From: the human T2T-CHM13v2.0 reference genome, Homo sapiens
Strand: one strand, 5' to 3'
NCBI RefSeq assembly: GCF_009914755.1
Contig: NC_060934.1
DNA: 64,000 bases
The first letter of the stretch is position 1; every line of letters starts with the position of its first letter. The notes under the pieces were generated by a model. That model was not told where the DNA came from. It ran no database searches and saw only the letters and a list, made by a program, of their open reading frames with translations. The position numbers and the translations under genes were made by a program. Shown piece by piece: positions 1-12,289 of the stretch.

Positions 1-699
1 AGTTAAAAAATTAAGGAATATCTATTTACGTGTTTTATTTGGAAGCACACATTATAGTGGCTTCACCCACAGTGTGCTGTTTTAAGCATTCATTCTAACT
101 TTCTGATCTTAGGAAATTTATTAATATAAACAATCTCTTAGGGTCAAAGGAGAAAACCAAATTATCTTAAGGGAATTCAAAATTCATTTCTGATAAAATA
201 TCCCGGTAAACTAGCACTGGAGACTTAACACGATACAGACTCTTTACCTCAAATCAAAAGCAGACATCTTCTTTTGTGGCCCTATATTAGAGAAAGTCAG
301 GGTGGAGATAAGGGTGGCCATGTCCATTATGATTTAAATTCAGTACTTTCTTAATTTTGGAAGATCTTGCCTAGAGTTTATTGGTGCCTTTTGTGATGAA
401 TCTGACCATTAAGCATTCTATTTTCTCCTGCCCTAAGTTTACAATTTTTAAAAATTAGTTGCTAACCTTTAATGAACTGGAGGTTTCACCTGCCTCCCCC
501 CAAAATCCTTATCTCTGACTTCTTTTGAAGATCTGGGAAAATGAACTCTTTCTCCTGAGGGTAACCTCAGAACAGAGTGGCAGCTGCTGCCTATAGACAC
601 AGAGTGGCATTCCCCAGGTGACCAGTCCTCACCTGGCTCAATTCACTCTGTATATTACCTGCCCGCCCCAGTGGGCATTTGAGCTTGCAATCCCTGCCT

Positions 700-1090
700 C
701 AGCTAATGCAGTAAGATAAGAAATTGAAAACAGAGGTATAAGGAATGAAAAGGAGGAGATAAACATATCATTATTTTTGAGTGAACTCATTGCTAATCTG
801 GAAAATCCAATCAAATCAACTCAAAAACTATTAAATCAATTAGAGTTATATAAAGTAGTTAAAATATAGAAAAATTCATATAGCAAACAAAAATGGAGGG
901 GAGGGGTGGATATGTCTCATTTCCAATTAACACTAACAACAAATACCTACAAATTCAGAAGAAAGAATGGGGGATTTATATGAGGAAAACTATAAAACAT
1001 TACTGAAAAGGTGAAAGAAGATGAAAAAAGGATGAAAACAACCATATTCCCAAATAGTCCAAATTTATCAAGTTGAAATCCCATGAAAAG
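700..1090 (+). mobile_element. Old LINE-1 (L1M-type) ORF2 reverse-transcriptase remnant
   Basis: aaggaggagataaacatatcattattttt...ctggaaaatcca and gatttatatgaggaaaactataaaacattactgaaa match L1 ORF2 KEEVKLSLF..LENP and DLYxENYKTLLK, with frameshifts and stops. Confidence 0.8.
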
Positions 1091-1277
1091 GTAGTCTTCC
1101 CATCTCTTAAGGGTCCATGAAATTCCTTGACACTTTTTTAAGAGAAATGTGAGAAATTGCTGCTTTGCTTTGCTCTGGGTGCCTAGGAAATTGGGACCTG
1201 TTTGGGGCAGTTTCCAGGAAATGGGAACAAGGGAATGCAGGCTCTGATGACCTTTGCACTACATTTGTGTTTTGAGT

Positions 1278-1306
1278 TCGTAAATCAGTAATTGATAAAT
1301 GACAGG
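1278..1306. promoter_or_regulatory. Compact PBX-HOX/MEIS motif cluster
   Basis: GTAAATCA (1280-1287, reverse TGATTTAC), TGATAAAT (1293-1300) and overlapping TGACAG (1300-1305) within 28 bp. Confidence 0.35.
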
Positions 1307-2307
1307 CTGGACCTCAGCTGTCTTTAAGGAACTCTTTGCCAGCAGTTACTATTATTTAAGTTTTTAATGAGCCACCTTCAGGCCAGGGTGGACTAGAGCC
1401 CCGAGAATTGTGCCTGAGTGTCTGCAAGCAGGATTTGGCCTTTCGCATGGTATGATGGCCTTGTTTTCTCCCTTCTCTCTATTTAATGACTTTTGAGGAG
1501 TTGAGGCTATTGGTTGCTGGGTGGTTTCTATTTTCAAAGTCTTTCAGTTTTTGGAGAAATTTGAGTCTGTCTGTCCCCCCAAAATAGAATTCAAGGTTCT
1601 GGCCTTAAAAACATGTACCAGGAGGCCTAATTTCTGTCCATAATTAGGGCCACAACCATCACCCACAAGGGAAAGAGATGAATGGGCCCAAAGTGGAATG
1701 TTTCTGGTTCTACAGTTACAGGGATTGATGAAAAAAGATGCATTTGATTTGAAGGATGAAAAAAATTGGTCGTTATTGACATTTAAAAGGATGCCCACAC
1801 TTATTTTCCTGATTACATTGTTTGTGCAGAGGCTCCTACCCCTGCATGTTATGTTGTCAAGTTCATGTTTTTCCTTGCTATTTTTTTTTTTTTAAAACGA
1901 TTGGTCTGCATTCCTGTATTTTCTAAGAAACCCATGGGTTGTGGTTGTGGGCTCGTACTGCACCCTGTTTACTCATTTTTGAGAAGCCATGTCCAAAGTC
2001 TCAATGGTTAGTGCTGGAGTGGGAAGTCCTTGTGCTTGAGATTTGAACAATTGTGCTACAGAAACCATCTTATTTAAGAAATTCAAGGTCCATAGGACGT
2101 AAGATTTTGTATCTGAACCAAATAAAATTTTAGTATATTTCTATTGATTAATCCTGTGCAAATGTTTAAGTAATTCAGTGAGGATTTCTTTTGTATCCAT
2201 CTACCTATCCACCTATGTACCTATGTGTAGGTACAGGAAAAAGAGTTGAAGGAAGTACATCAGTTATTCCTGGAAAGAAATATTGCATGGAACTTTCCTG
2301 CATAAGC

Positions 2308-2580
2308 TTTAGATTCAGACCTGAATTCAAATCCTGATGCTGTCATTTAGGAGTGGTGTGGCAATTTGACCTTGAACAAATTACCTAGCCACTTTATTTT
2401 CTTTATTAAATTTTCCCTTTCATTTTTAAAATCATGTAATCTTGTTCCTTTTAATACCTAGCCACTTTAAGTCTCACTTTCCAATGCCAAACAATAGTGA
2501 GGATTAAATTAGAGAATGAGGTAATGCATTTAGCACAATGCTGGTACATGCTAAGCTCTCAGTAAAATATTAGCTATTGA
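2308..2580 (+). mobile_element. MIR SINE interrupted by a 58-bp insertion with a 15-bp target-site duplication
   Basis: cagacctgaattcaaatcctg...tgaccttgaacaaattacc...gtgaggattaaatt...ttagcacaatgctggtacat; direct repeat tacctagccacttta at 2382-2396 and 2455-2469. Confidence 0.8.
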
Positions 2581-3089
2581 TATCATTATCACTACTTGGG
2601 CAACAGGATTATAGGTGATTTTAATTGCCTTTTTTCATTTTTTTTCATGAGATGTATTATTTATAAAATAAGAAATAATAAAAAATTAAGCTTTTTTGAT
2701 GAATTATACATAGAATTTTCTAAATTGATATAGAGTGATATTCTTAATTCATTAGGTGATAAAAATCCAGTAAAGGCCATCAGCCCTGCTGTATTTCTGG
2801 GTGAGAGCCCAGCGTCATGAACAGCCTTCATTCCACCTGCAGTTTAGCTACTCTTAAGAATTCACCCTCTGTGGAGTCCACCTGGGGCCGGGAGAGCTCT
2901 CCTTTTTCTTCTAAGACCAGAATTGGCAAAGACTTTTTTTTTTTTAACTTGTTTATTGGGTATCCATCACACATCTAGGCAATCTGAAAGAAACAAAAAC
3001 AGAAAACAACCAACTAACCAAAAACAGTTAACTGAAGGGAAAGTATCTATCTAACCTATTGAACACTTACAGTATGCCACCTTTTAGTT

Positions 3090-3235
3090 TTATATGCATT
3101 GACTCATTTACTTTTCACATGTAGGAATTATTATGCCTACTCTATTGGAGGAGACAATTGAGCAATTTGAGGTTCTACAGAAACTGGTAGAGTGGAGATT
3201 TGAACTTGGGTCTCTCTGACTTTGAAGCTTGTAAG
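3090..3235 (-). mobile_element. MIR SINE fragment
   Basis: gtagagtggagatttgaacttgggtctctctgact is the reverse-strand MIR core. Confidence 0.65.
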
Positions 3236-3473
3236 GTTAACTGATAGACGCTACAGTTTCTCTTTTGGTGTTGGGTCATGACTTACATTGATTCCGTTCA
3301 CCTTTGTGTGTGACTGTGAACTGTTTGTAGCCAGTTCTGTTCTGATTGGTCCAGGTCTGTGCCTTGTCCATTAAATACTGTGAATATTACCTGTGGTCAA
3401 GGAAAGTTGTGCTGTTGCAGGAAGGCAGATGTGCTTTATTTGGGAGCTATTGACAGTACATACATAGAAAAAT

Positions 3474-3580
3474 GGAGGCAGAGACAGAGAGGGGGAGGGA
3501 GGAGGCGGAGGAAGAGGATAAAGAAGCAGCAGCAGATGAGTAGAGAGAAGGGGTATGGAGTGGAGGGAGACATGGGGAGC
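3474..3580. repeat. GA-rich low-complexity tract
   Basis: gagacagagagggggagggaggaggcggaggaagagg...; it produces the spurious R/G/K-rich ORF 3359-3652. Confidence 0.7.
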
Positions 3581-5679
3581 ATCATTTGCTCCAGGAGACT
3601 AATCTCTTACTGGCTGTCCTCTTGGAAAACACGTGTAGCATGTAGTGTGTAGCTGTGTAGTTTTCTCGGAAAGCTGCACCAAGATCCTGAGCTATGGAGA
3701 TGCTTAGCCTTCCTTGGAAAATGTTGAGAAGGAAAAATTGGAACCACTTGGTTCCTAAGCTTTCAGAGAGCACAGGTCTTTTTAGGATTATTTTACATTG
3801 ATCACGGGAGTGTCTGTCACACGTTGATTTCTGCCTCCCCTCTGGGTCTCAGCTGTCTTCCTAATAGGCAGCTGCCCAGAGTGGAATGTGGCATTGTTAA
3901 CTATGAGGGGTGACTGGACTGTCAGCCCGGCTGGCAGGAACCTGGACGCTGGAGGCGCCTGACAGCAACCCCATTTGCATGGTGTGCAGAGAGCACCTGA
4001 ATCCTCTCTCATTAAGTGTTACCCCTAAACACCAGCAGCACTGACAAACAGCCAGAGACCCTCAAATAACTCCCTTTAGGTCTCATCCTTCATGAGGACA
4101 GCATCATGGGGTGGTCGTTTCCAAATCTTTTTTTTTCCTCTTTATTTTAACCTTTGAAACTATTTTTCCAAGTAAGATTTCTTCCACAGAGTCCCAATAC
4201 AGGATACAGACCAAAGAGAAGATGCTCTGGCTAAAGAATGGGGTGGAAAGCTTGAATCCCAACTGCTTCAGAGAGTGTCTCCATGGAATCCTCAGGTTCC
4301 TAGGAACACGGTTTGAGAATCTACAGTTGATGGCAGAAGGCAGGTTTTCAGTGGTGTGGGATTTATCATCTTGGTTTTTCCTGTTTTAACTGAGTGACTG
4401 CTGGAGTTTGCTTCCCAGGTTTCCTTCTCAAGCGGCTTTCAGAGCAATAGGCAAAAGGTTGAGAATAGCATCAAAAATTAAACCAAGCCCTACTGCAAGC
4501 CAATTTGTAAAAACTGTGTTCCAAACGGCTTTGGGGAAGAGGATGTGACACTGTGTAATGACTTCTTGGAAAATTTGTTACTTTTTCCCCTTTCTCTGTC
4601 TCCTTTCTTTCTTCTCTCGCTCTGCTTCCCCCACCCATTCCTGATTTGATGAAACCGTTTGTGATGTCCAGCATATATTTTGCTGCACACTGTGTGTTGT
4701 TGTACTTTAGCAATTTATAACTATGATCAATGTTGTGACCTTAGGGAAATTGCTTGTATAATTATAGAAAGTTTACAGTCGTAAGACAAGGAATGGGGAA
4801 AATATATCACTGTAAAATATAAATATGTTTAAATTACATTTAGGATTTGGAATAGTTCCTTGCTTGTATTTTACAGAGTAATCTGTGATTTAAATCAGGT
4901 TTAGTTGTGTTTTTTCCCCCCTAAATTGGGTATTATAAATCAAGAGTAGATGCTGGATATAGCACACAAGAGGATTTCTTATACATTTTAATGTTGCATA
5001 AGTAAGAAATACCAGTAGTTCAGCAGTAAAATTGCAAATGTAAGCAAAAGTGAAGATTTTTCCAAATTTAACTAGGTTGCATTTGTTTAGTAAACTCCAG
5101 CAATAATTTACTGTTTTATTACGTTTGCCTTTGAGATCTAGGCTGACTTTTTTGTTCCCTTTCTTAAGAAAGAAAAGGGAGGTACATTACTGTAATTGCT
5201 CAGAGCTAGAGAAAACCATGAGAGTACCATTTTGCGTTCCCCACCTGTGATACGTAAACTTAAAAATGTAGGGAAGATAGGATTCTTCTTCAGATTAAAT
5301 GTATTTGTGGGTATATCAGTCACCCAAACAAGGCATTTTTTTGGTTGGGTCAGACTTTCCATTTGTGCTGTTTGTGGCAAGGCTAAGTGTTTTTGTGCAA
5401 AAAGTAGTAGAATGTGTTAGACCTGGCTTTACAAGTGTAAGCAGAGGCAGGTCTGCTGGTAAGGGTGGAGATGAGGGAAGGGGAGCCGAAACAGTTTGGC
5501 TGTGAATGGGCACATATCTTTCTTCAGATTCTTTTGGGGTCTCTGGAAGACAGGTAGGCTTCATTTGAGATCAGTCTCTATTATGGCAAATGGGTGAATT
5601 TCATTAGACTTAGACATGTTGAGTGCTCCAGAACCAGTGTTGGCACCGTGAAGAAGTTGGGCAGAGGGAAGTTCTCTCA

Positions 5680-5990
5680 TTCAGCCATGCGGCTTGGCGT
5701 GCAGTGCTCCTGAAGCGGCTGATTGTCTCCCACCAGCCCCCTCCCGCCCTGTGCTTCAGATGGTTAACAGGGACCCCGGCTTGGTTTAACTTAGGTTTGA
5801 GAGAAGTGAACTCTGGGATTGGGTTGGATGATGTTGATTAGTAGGAGTGAGAGGGTGAGAGACTCCAGGGCCAAGCAGTAGGTCCATCTTGGTGGCATCT
5901 GATGTTGATTGGCTTTGTCCTGCGCGGCTGCGCTCGGAGAGCGGACATTAAGATTAAGTGATGCTGTCGTGTTGAGGAGCACGGCACTGC
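5680..5990. promoter_or_regulatory. CpG-retaining, GC-box-containing enhancer-like block
   Basis: Cluster of CpGs (gcggcttggcgt, cccctcccgccc, cgcggctgcgctcggagagcgg) in otherwise CpG-poor DNA; no repeat similarity seen. Confidence 0.4.
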
Positions 5991-7129
5991 ATCATTCTGG
6001 GAAGAGACAGCTGGGGTGGTTAATCCTTCATCACCAAGGGAGCACTGCCAGCAGAAAGATATACAGCCAAAGATAACCCTCCATAACTTGTGCTAAAGAT
6101 CAGAAAACTTTGAATTCACATCCATCTGCTTAGTCTGGGGTGAAGATGAAAGATAGGCAGAACAGGAAATAAAAAACTCCTGAGGGATTAATCTTAGGTA
6201 TGGTATGTAGCCCACAGAGTGAGCAGGCGGGAGAGAAACTTTTACATGGCGTTTAAAGGGAATTAAATGCACCTGGTTTCATAGCAGCATTTTTAAAGTA
6301 AAATTAAATGGTACACAGTCTGATTTTTTTGTTGCATTGCCATCATTTTCACCCCAAGATGCTGCTTCCCCCCATTAGGCAGGTAGATGTTTTTCTTTCT
6401 AAGGAGGTACTCTTAAATCTGCATTTATGGACAATGAACAGTGGATGCAGATAGGAACACTGGAAATACTAATCAGCAGACAGAAGAGCATTTTGCCTTC
6501 TCCCCTCCCTTTGTGATTTTAGCAGGATGTTCACAAAGTCTGACTGTGTGTCTGCATTCTGTGTATCTGTGTCTGAGTTTAGATCTGAAATTCTCTTGCT
6601 GTGAATATTTCTCAACAGCTGCAATGATTTTATATATCACGTGTAATCGAATTATGCATTGTTGCCATACCAAAGTGATGTGCAGGGGGGAAAATAAATC
6701 AGGGAGGGAAATAAATTAGAGGCCCCTCTCCCATCTGCAGCCTCTGCATTCCCATAGCGGTCAGGCTGGGGAGTGTCTGTTGCAAGGTGAAAATGCTGGG
6801 GAGAGCAGAGCTATAGGCTCTGTCCTCAGCTGACTTTCTATGTTGAGTTCAAAGGGAAGCTTTTTTTTAAACAAAACAAAACAAAACAAAAACCCTTCAA
6901 GTGATATTTTATATTTTTTTCCCCCATGCCAGTTTGGTATTTGAGAGTCTGAGTGGGGGATTCTCAGTTTGGGGCCTGGGCCACTTGCATTGATGTGCTG
7001 AGGTGCAAGATTCTTCTGCCAGCTTCCGCATTACTTGGGCTTTACTGCACTCCACCTGTGATTGCAGGGCCCTGGTGAAGAGGATGACAACAGTAGAATA
7101 CACCACTGTTAAGACACACAAGGAAGTAG

Positions 7130-7280
7130 AGGTGGAAAAACACTTTATGGAGAGTCAGAGACCTGGGTTTAAGTTCTTGCCAAGCTCTGTGAACTTGAGC
7201 TCTGTGTCATTTTATCTCTCTGAGTGTGTTACAAATGAGAAAACTAAGATTGAAAGAGATGAAGTGACTTGCTTAAGGGA
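7130..7280. mobile_element. Two abutting MIR fragments in opposite orientation
   Basis: gagtcagagacctgggtttaagttct (+) followed by ttacaaatgagaaaactaagatt...aagtgacttgcttaagg (-). Confidence 0.6.
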
Positions 7281-7589
7281 GGAGAAAGGGCCAGTGCACC
7301 CTTGGGAGGTTAAAAAGAGAATAACAGATGAAATTCTGTATTTTTGGTTAGACGATGGGAGGAGGAGCCATCGGTCCTCCTTTGCTCTACTATGAAAGGC
7401 TTCCTACAGAAGGTGTATCTGTGTGCTGAGCTGTCCAGGATGGTCTTGATTTAGAAAATTCAAATAATACATTAATATGTGGATATGTTAATATATAATA
7501 TATATATATACAGATATTATTGAAGTTTATAGTTTTGGTTTTTATTTTTAATAAAGATAGTTCATTAAATAATGGTTAAATGTGATTTA

Positions 7590-7828
7590 ATAATTATTAT
7601 TTTTAAAGACAGAGTCTCGCTGTCACTCAGGCTGGAGTGCAGTGGTGCAATCACAACTCAATGCAGCCTCGACCTCCTGAGGCTATATTTAAAAAAAATT
7701 TTTTTTTTGTGGAGACGGGGTTTTGTCATGTTGCCTACGCTGGTCTGGAATTCCTGGGCTCAAGCTGTCTTCCTGCCCTGGCCTTCCAAAATGCTCAGAT
7801 TACAGGTGTGAGCCAAAAAGCCCTTGCC
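7590..7828 (-). mobile_element. AluJ with internal deletion
   Basis: gacagagtctcgctgtcactcaggctggagtgcagtgg...gattacaggtgtgagcc; part of the right monomer is missing; TSD gtgattta at 7582-7589 and 7829-7836. Confidence 0.92.
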
Positions 7829-7886
7829 GTGATTTAGATAGATTTGGTAGATTTCATTTAAATAAATCTACCAGAAAGATAAATAT

Positions 7887-7980
7887 CCAACTTAGGAAGC
7901 TGAGGTGGGAGAATTACTGAACCTAGGAATTTGAGTCCAGCTCAGGCAACATAGCAAGACCCCTACCTCTTAAAAAAAGA
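7887..7980 (+). mobile_element. 5'-truncated FLAM/Alu left monomer
   Basis: ggaagctgaggtgggagaattactgaacctaggaatttgagtccagc...ctcttaaaaaaag; perfect 14-bp TSD agaaagataaatat at 7873-7886 and 7981-7994. Confidence 0.9.
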
Positions 7981-8939
7981 AGAAAGATAAATATTCTTTG
8001 TCAGGCCATGAAGTTTAATTTTGGATCTGGAAATAAGTTATGATAAATGTGCAGAGAAAGTGTATTGTACTCATAACTCCTCACATAGCAAACATGGGGT
8101 GGATGATATTCTCAACCACTAAGAAGCAGCTCATCCAAGGGTCTCTTTCCTTCAAAGACCATTACGTTGGGTTCTGTTGGCTGAGAAGGGGGTAAAGAAA
8201 CAGATTCTTCGCAGATTCATGAACAGGGTGGATCTGAAAGTTTATCTTGGTGTGAGGCTCACGTGGAAAGATATGAAAAGAAGAAAAGTCTCAGCTGTAA
8301 GATGTAGTGGTCTTCATCTGTTTGAGCCTCAGTCTCAAGTCCTAAGTCTGCTAAGCATGAACGTTTCCCTGTTGGTTCCATGGTGAGTATCCAGACTTGA
8401 ATCCCTGACTTCAATGTCCAGAGGACCAAACTGGGGGATTGTTGATACTCTCCAAGCTGGAAGTAAAGTGGAATTTGTGGGAGATGTGATATAAGGGCCT
8501 CCGTTTGTGGTAGTGATTGCTTTTCAGGGAATTTTATACTTGGGAACAAATCATCGGGCCAGTGAATGTCAGTGACTGTTGGGTAGTGAATATATTTTCT
8601 GCTTGGATCCCCCAAATACCCAACTTTTGCTGTTTCTGGTCACTGTAGGGTTAGCTCTTGGCTGGTCTTTTGGGAGGTTTTCCCAGTCTGAAGGGCAGTG
8701 GAAACCTCTGCTGATTCCCTATGCAGTGGATGAATTTTTGGCTAAAGTTGTCTTAGTTCCTGCCTTATTTACTGGTATAGCAAGTTGGTGTATGTGGCAT
8801 AGGTACACCTTGCTTTATGTGAAAGTCACACCAGAAGGGCAGTAAAGGGGAAACAGTGCTAACTCTAGAGTTAGCAGACCCAGGCTCTGGTTCTCACATG
8901 GCCTTTGCTCCCTCAGGCTTCCTAGTGTTCCCATGATCT

Positions 8940-9723
8940 TTTGCTGAATTACTTCAAAATCTAGGGATTTGAAACAAGCATGTCATAAGCACATGTATTG
9001 TGTGGGTCAGGAATTTGGAGAGGCCACAGTGGAGTGGCTTGTCTCTGGTCCACAAGCTTGGACCTGGGCTGGAAGGACTCAAAGACTGAAGATGACTTGA
9101 TGCTAAGGGCTGGGATTATCTGAAATGTCTCTCCATGGGCTTGGCTTCATGGCCACCTCAGCACGGTAGGACTTTTTAAAACATTAAAAAAAAATTTTTT
9201 TTTGACAATTTCTCTTAACACTTTTTTTTAAACTTTGTTAAAACTGATTTCACTCATTCATACACACATTCTGATTTCAAGAGAGTAGGTTAATTGATTC
9301 AAGTCATTATTGTCCATGCTAACTCTGGAAGAAACTGTGTAATAAATAACTAAGGGATTGAAAATGGACTCTAAATTCATTTGTTAGCAGTATGACATTG
9401 GAAAATATAATGCAACTTCTTTAAATCTCAGTTCCTCCTTTGTAAAGTTGCGATACTCCCTATTAGAAGATCAATAAGTCCTCTTCCAGGCTCCAAGCGC
9501 AAGTGTTCCGGGGAATGAGATGGAAGCTACATCCCTTTATGGTCCAGCCTCAGCAGTCACCTGGTGTAACTTCCCTGCACTCTGTTGGTGACAGTAATGC
9601 CAGCCTGCCTAGTTTCAAGGGAAGGACTTAGTCTACCTCCAGATAAGGAAATGGCAATGTCACATTCTAGAAGGGCATATTGCTGTGAGATGTGTGATAC
9701 CCATCTTTGGAACATATGCCACA
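8940..9723 (-). mobile_element. MLT1 (MaLR, F/G/H-type) solo LTR split by a ~310-bp insert
   Basis: gtgggtcaggaatttggagagg and ggctccaagcgcaagtgttcc...ggaagctacatccctttatggtccagcctcag; ends ccatctttggaacatatgccaca (LTR start TGTGGC on -). Confidence 0.75.
9355..9490 (+). mobile_element. MIR3-like fragment inside the MLT1 insert
   Basis: ctcagttcctcctttgtaaag core and tagaagatcaataagtcctcttccaggctc, resembling the MIR3 3' end. Confidence 0.55.
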
Positions 9724-11076
9724 TCAGATTTCTGTTCTGTGAAATGAAGAAAAATGAGTTGGGGCTGGAGTTAATTGGTAAGACCTCTTCCAACATTAGA
9801 ATGATGCAATTCTTTAAAATTAAAATCCAATTTTCTTTAAAAAAATAATTTACAAAATGATGATATGCTTTTTTAGAGAGTCTACTTTAGGATATCTTTA
9901 AATAGAGAGGTACCCTGGTACAGTAAGAAAAAACTCTTATGCAATGTGAAAGACACTGATATGAGTGATGTGAGTCCTGTATTTTCCCCCCTAAGTTATT
10001 TCAGCAGAGTTTTATGTTGATTTGTTTTTAGTGCAGCTTTATTTCTTGTGATTTAAGAATAATTAGGTGGCATGTGAATATCTCATCATGATTTCCCTGA
10101 ATGTTAAGTTGGACATGAGTTAAATGTTCGAGACATGGGATTCAGGATTAGAATGTAAGCTGGAGATCTGGGAGGTGATTAGACTTTGAAATAGGACCCA
10201 GGAACACTTGTAGCTTCCCTCTTATCCCAAGACAGGGATTAAGATAGAATGGATGGTGACCCTTCTGGAAAAAGCTTTTTCCTTGCTGGGAAGAGGGGTA
10301 AATCATCACCTTTGGCAGTGGCACCGTTCTGATACCAGATACAAGGTTTGAAGGAGGATGACTGTGGGGCAGCTGCCCTCAGGAAGGCATCACAATTAAG
10401 GAGGGAAGGGGTTAATACACTGACTAATGTTTTAGTTTACAGGCACTGGCCCTTCTCTTTGTTCTGTTTTATCATACACATTTATCACGTTCAACCTGGC
10501 AACCCAACCAAATAGCTATTTAAGTTGTAAAAATGAATCATAGCACAATTTCATGAACTGTGTGATATAACTGAATCTAATCACATTATACAATGGGGTC
10601 TTTGCCAGCATGGTGTACCTGGTTCTGGGCTTCCTCAAAATAAGTAAATAAATAAACAGGCTTCATTAAATACAGTCACAGCAGGGTGGCTGAGCCAGCT
10701 GGGTTGTGGGTCCAGGGAAGGATGCAGGCAGATGTGTCACACTGGACCCTTAGGCTTTTGTGTGCTAGCTCATCCCCGAAAAGCCTGCAGATCACACTGG
10801 CCCTCTTCTATCCACTGCATGCCGCCAACTGATTCTCTAGTTTATTAAATACGTGGCTAGAGGTCCTGGAAAGGATGTAAACCTCATGAATGAGAACTGC
10901 AAAGAAGGGCTTTACCCTACTTCACTTCTGCAGAATTCCAGAGCTTGCTTACTCTGTCCTAATTGAAAAAATGAATAAACACAAAGTCTCTACCTCAAGG
11001 CCCACTCTTAGGAGTGGTGTCTATTCATGTGTTCAGCCTCTTTCTGGGTGCTTTCTCTGTGTTACTTATTTTACTC

Positions 11077-11370
<294 letters not shown>

Positions 11371-11399
11371 ACTTATTTTACTCTTAAAGATAAATTGTG

Positions 11400-11512
11400 A
11401 ACTGTAGGTGATACTGTCCCCATTGTTATAGATGAGGAAATGGAAGCTCAGAGAGGTCCAGTAACTGACTCAAGGTCACTCAGCTAGTAAATGTCAGGAC
11501 AGAGATTTGAAC
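11400..11512 (-). mobile_element. MIR SINE
   Basis: atagatgaggaaatggaagctcagagaggtccagtaactgactcaaggtcactcagctagtaaat. Confidence 0.85.
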
Positions 11513-11545
11513 TACCTTGTGGGTGGTAGAAGAGGCCAGAGAGGA

Positions 11546-11569
11546 GGGTGGGTTGGTGGGGGGTGGGGG
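11546..11569 (+). other. Potential G-quadruplex motif
   Basis: GGG-T-GGG-TTGGT-GGGGGG-T-GGGGG fits the G3+N1-7 x4 pattern. Confidence 0.5.
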
Positions 11570-11934
11570 CAGGAATAATCAACTGTGAATGTCGGAGCTA
11601 GAACGTGGCCTGGTGGTGGAGGTGCCAAGTGCTTTACTGCAGTTAGACTTGATGCTGTGGGTCGGGGGAACCCATGGGTTGGGAGGGTGATAGTAGCAAT
11701 GCTGTGTAACAGAGTCCTGGTGGGGGAAACTTGACTTAAGGGGTGGACGCAGGCGGGAAAGACCTGCATGGAACTTGGTGTCTTCTGGCAGGAGGGTAAG
11801 AAAGGCTTGGACTGAAGCACTAGCTGGTGGAGTAGAGAGATGAGGTCAGCCTGGTGGAATATTCCTGGGGTAGAATCAGCCACTTACAAGAGAGTCTCCA
11901 CTTGCCTTTCTTGCCAATACTGGTAGCCACTTGC

Positions 11935-12220
11935 ATTTATTCTTTCCCTTCTTCTCATCCTTCTCTGTGTCCTGCCTTTTCTATTCATCTCTTTCCCCTT
12001 TTCTTTGTCTCTCTATCTTTGTCTCCATTTCACTCTTTTCCTTGTTCCCTGTCTTTTTTTTCCTGCTCCTTTCCTGCCGTGATATTTTCCTTCCTCTATC
12101 TGTACTCCTAAACATTTTGTGTTGTGCCCCCACCTCCATCCTCACCCCCATTCTTTCTTGGGTCTTCTCTCCCTCCCCCCACATTCTTTTCCTATGGAAT
12201 AAATAAATAAATAAATAAAT
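11935..12220. repeat. CT-rich low-complexity tract ending in (TAAA)n
   Basis: Pyrimidine-rich 11935-12190; aataaataaataaataaataaat at 12198-12220. Confidence 0.8.
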
Positions 12221-12289
12221 TTTAAAATCTGTTTTTCTGTTGGTTGTGTCAGCATGTTTTAGACTGCTGGGCTTTGCATGTTTTGCAGC

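Noticed and set aside
3280-3600. Alternative promoter (reverse CCAAT box near 3345 followed by a GA-rich tract)
   Set aside because: No CpG island, TATA box or convincing downstream donor; the motifs alone are insufficient.
5528-5553. 26-nt micro-exon (ttcttcAG|...CAG|GTAGGC)
   Set aside because: Such site pairs arise often by chance; not frame-preserving and no other support.
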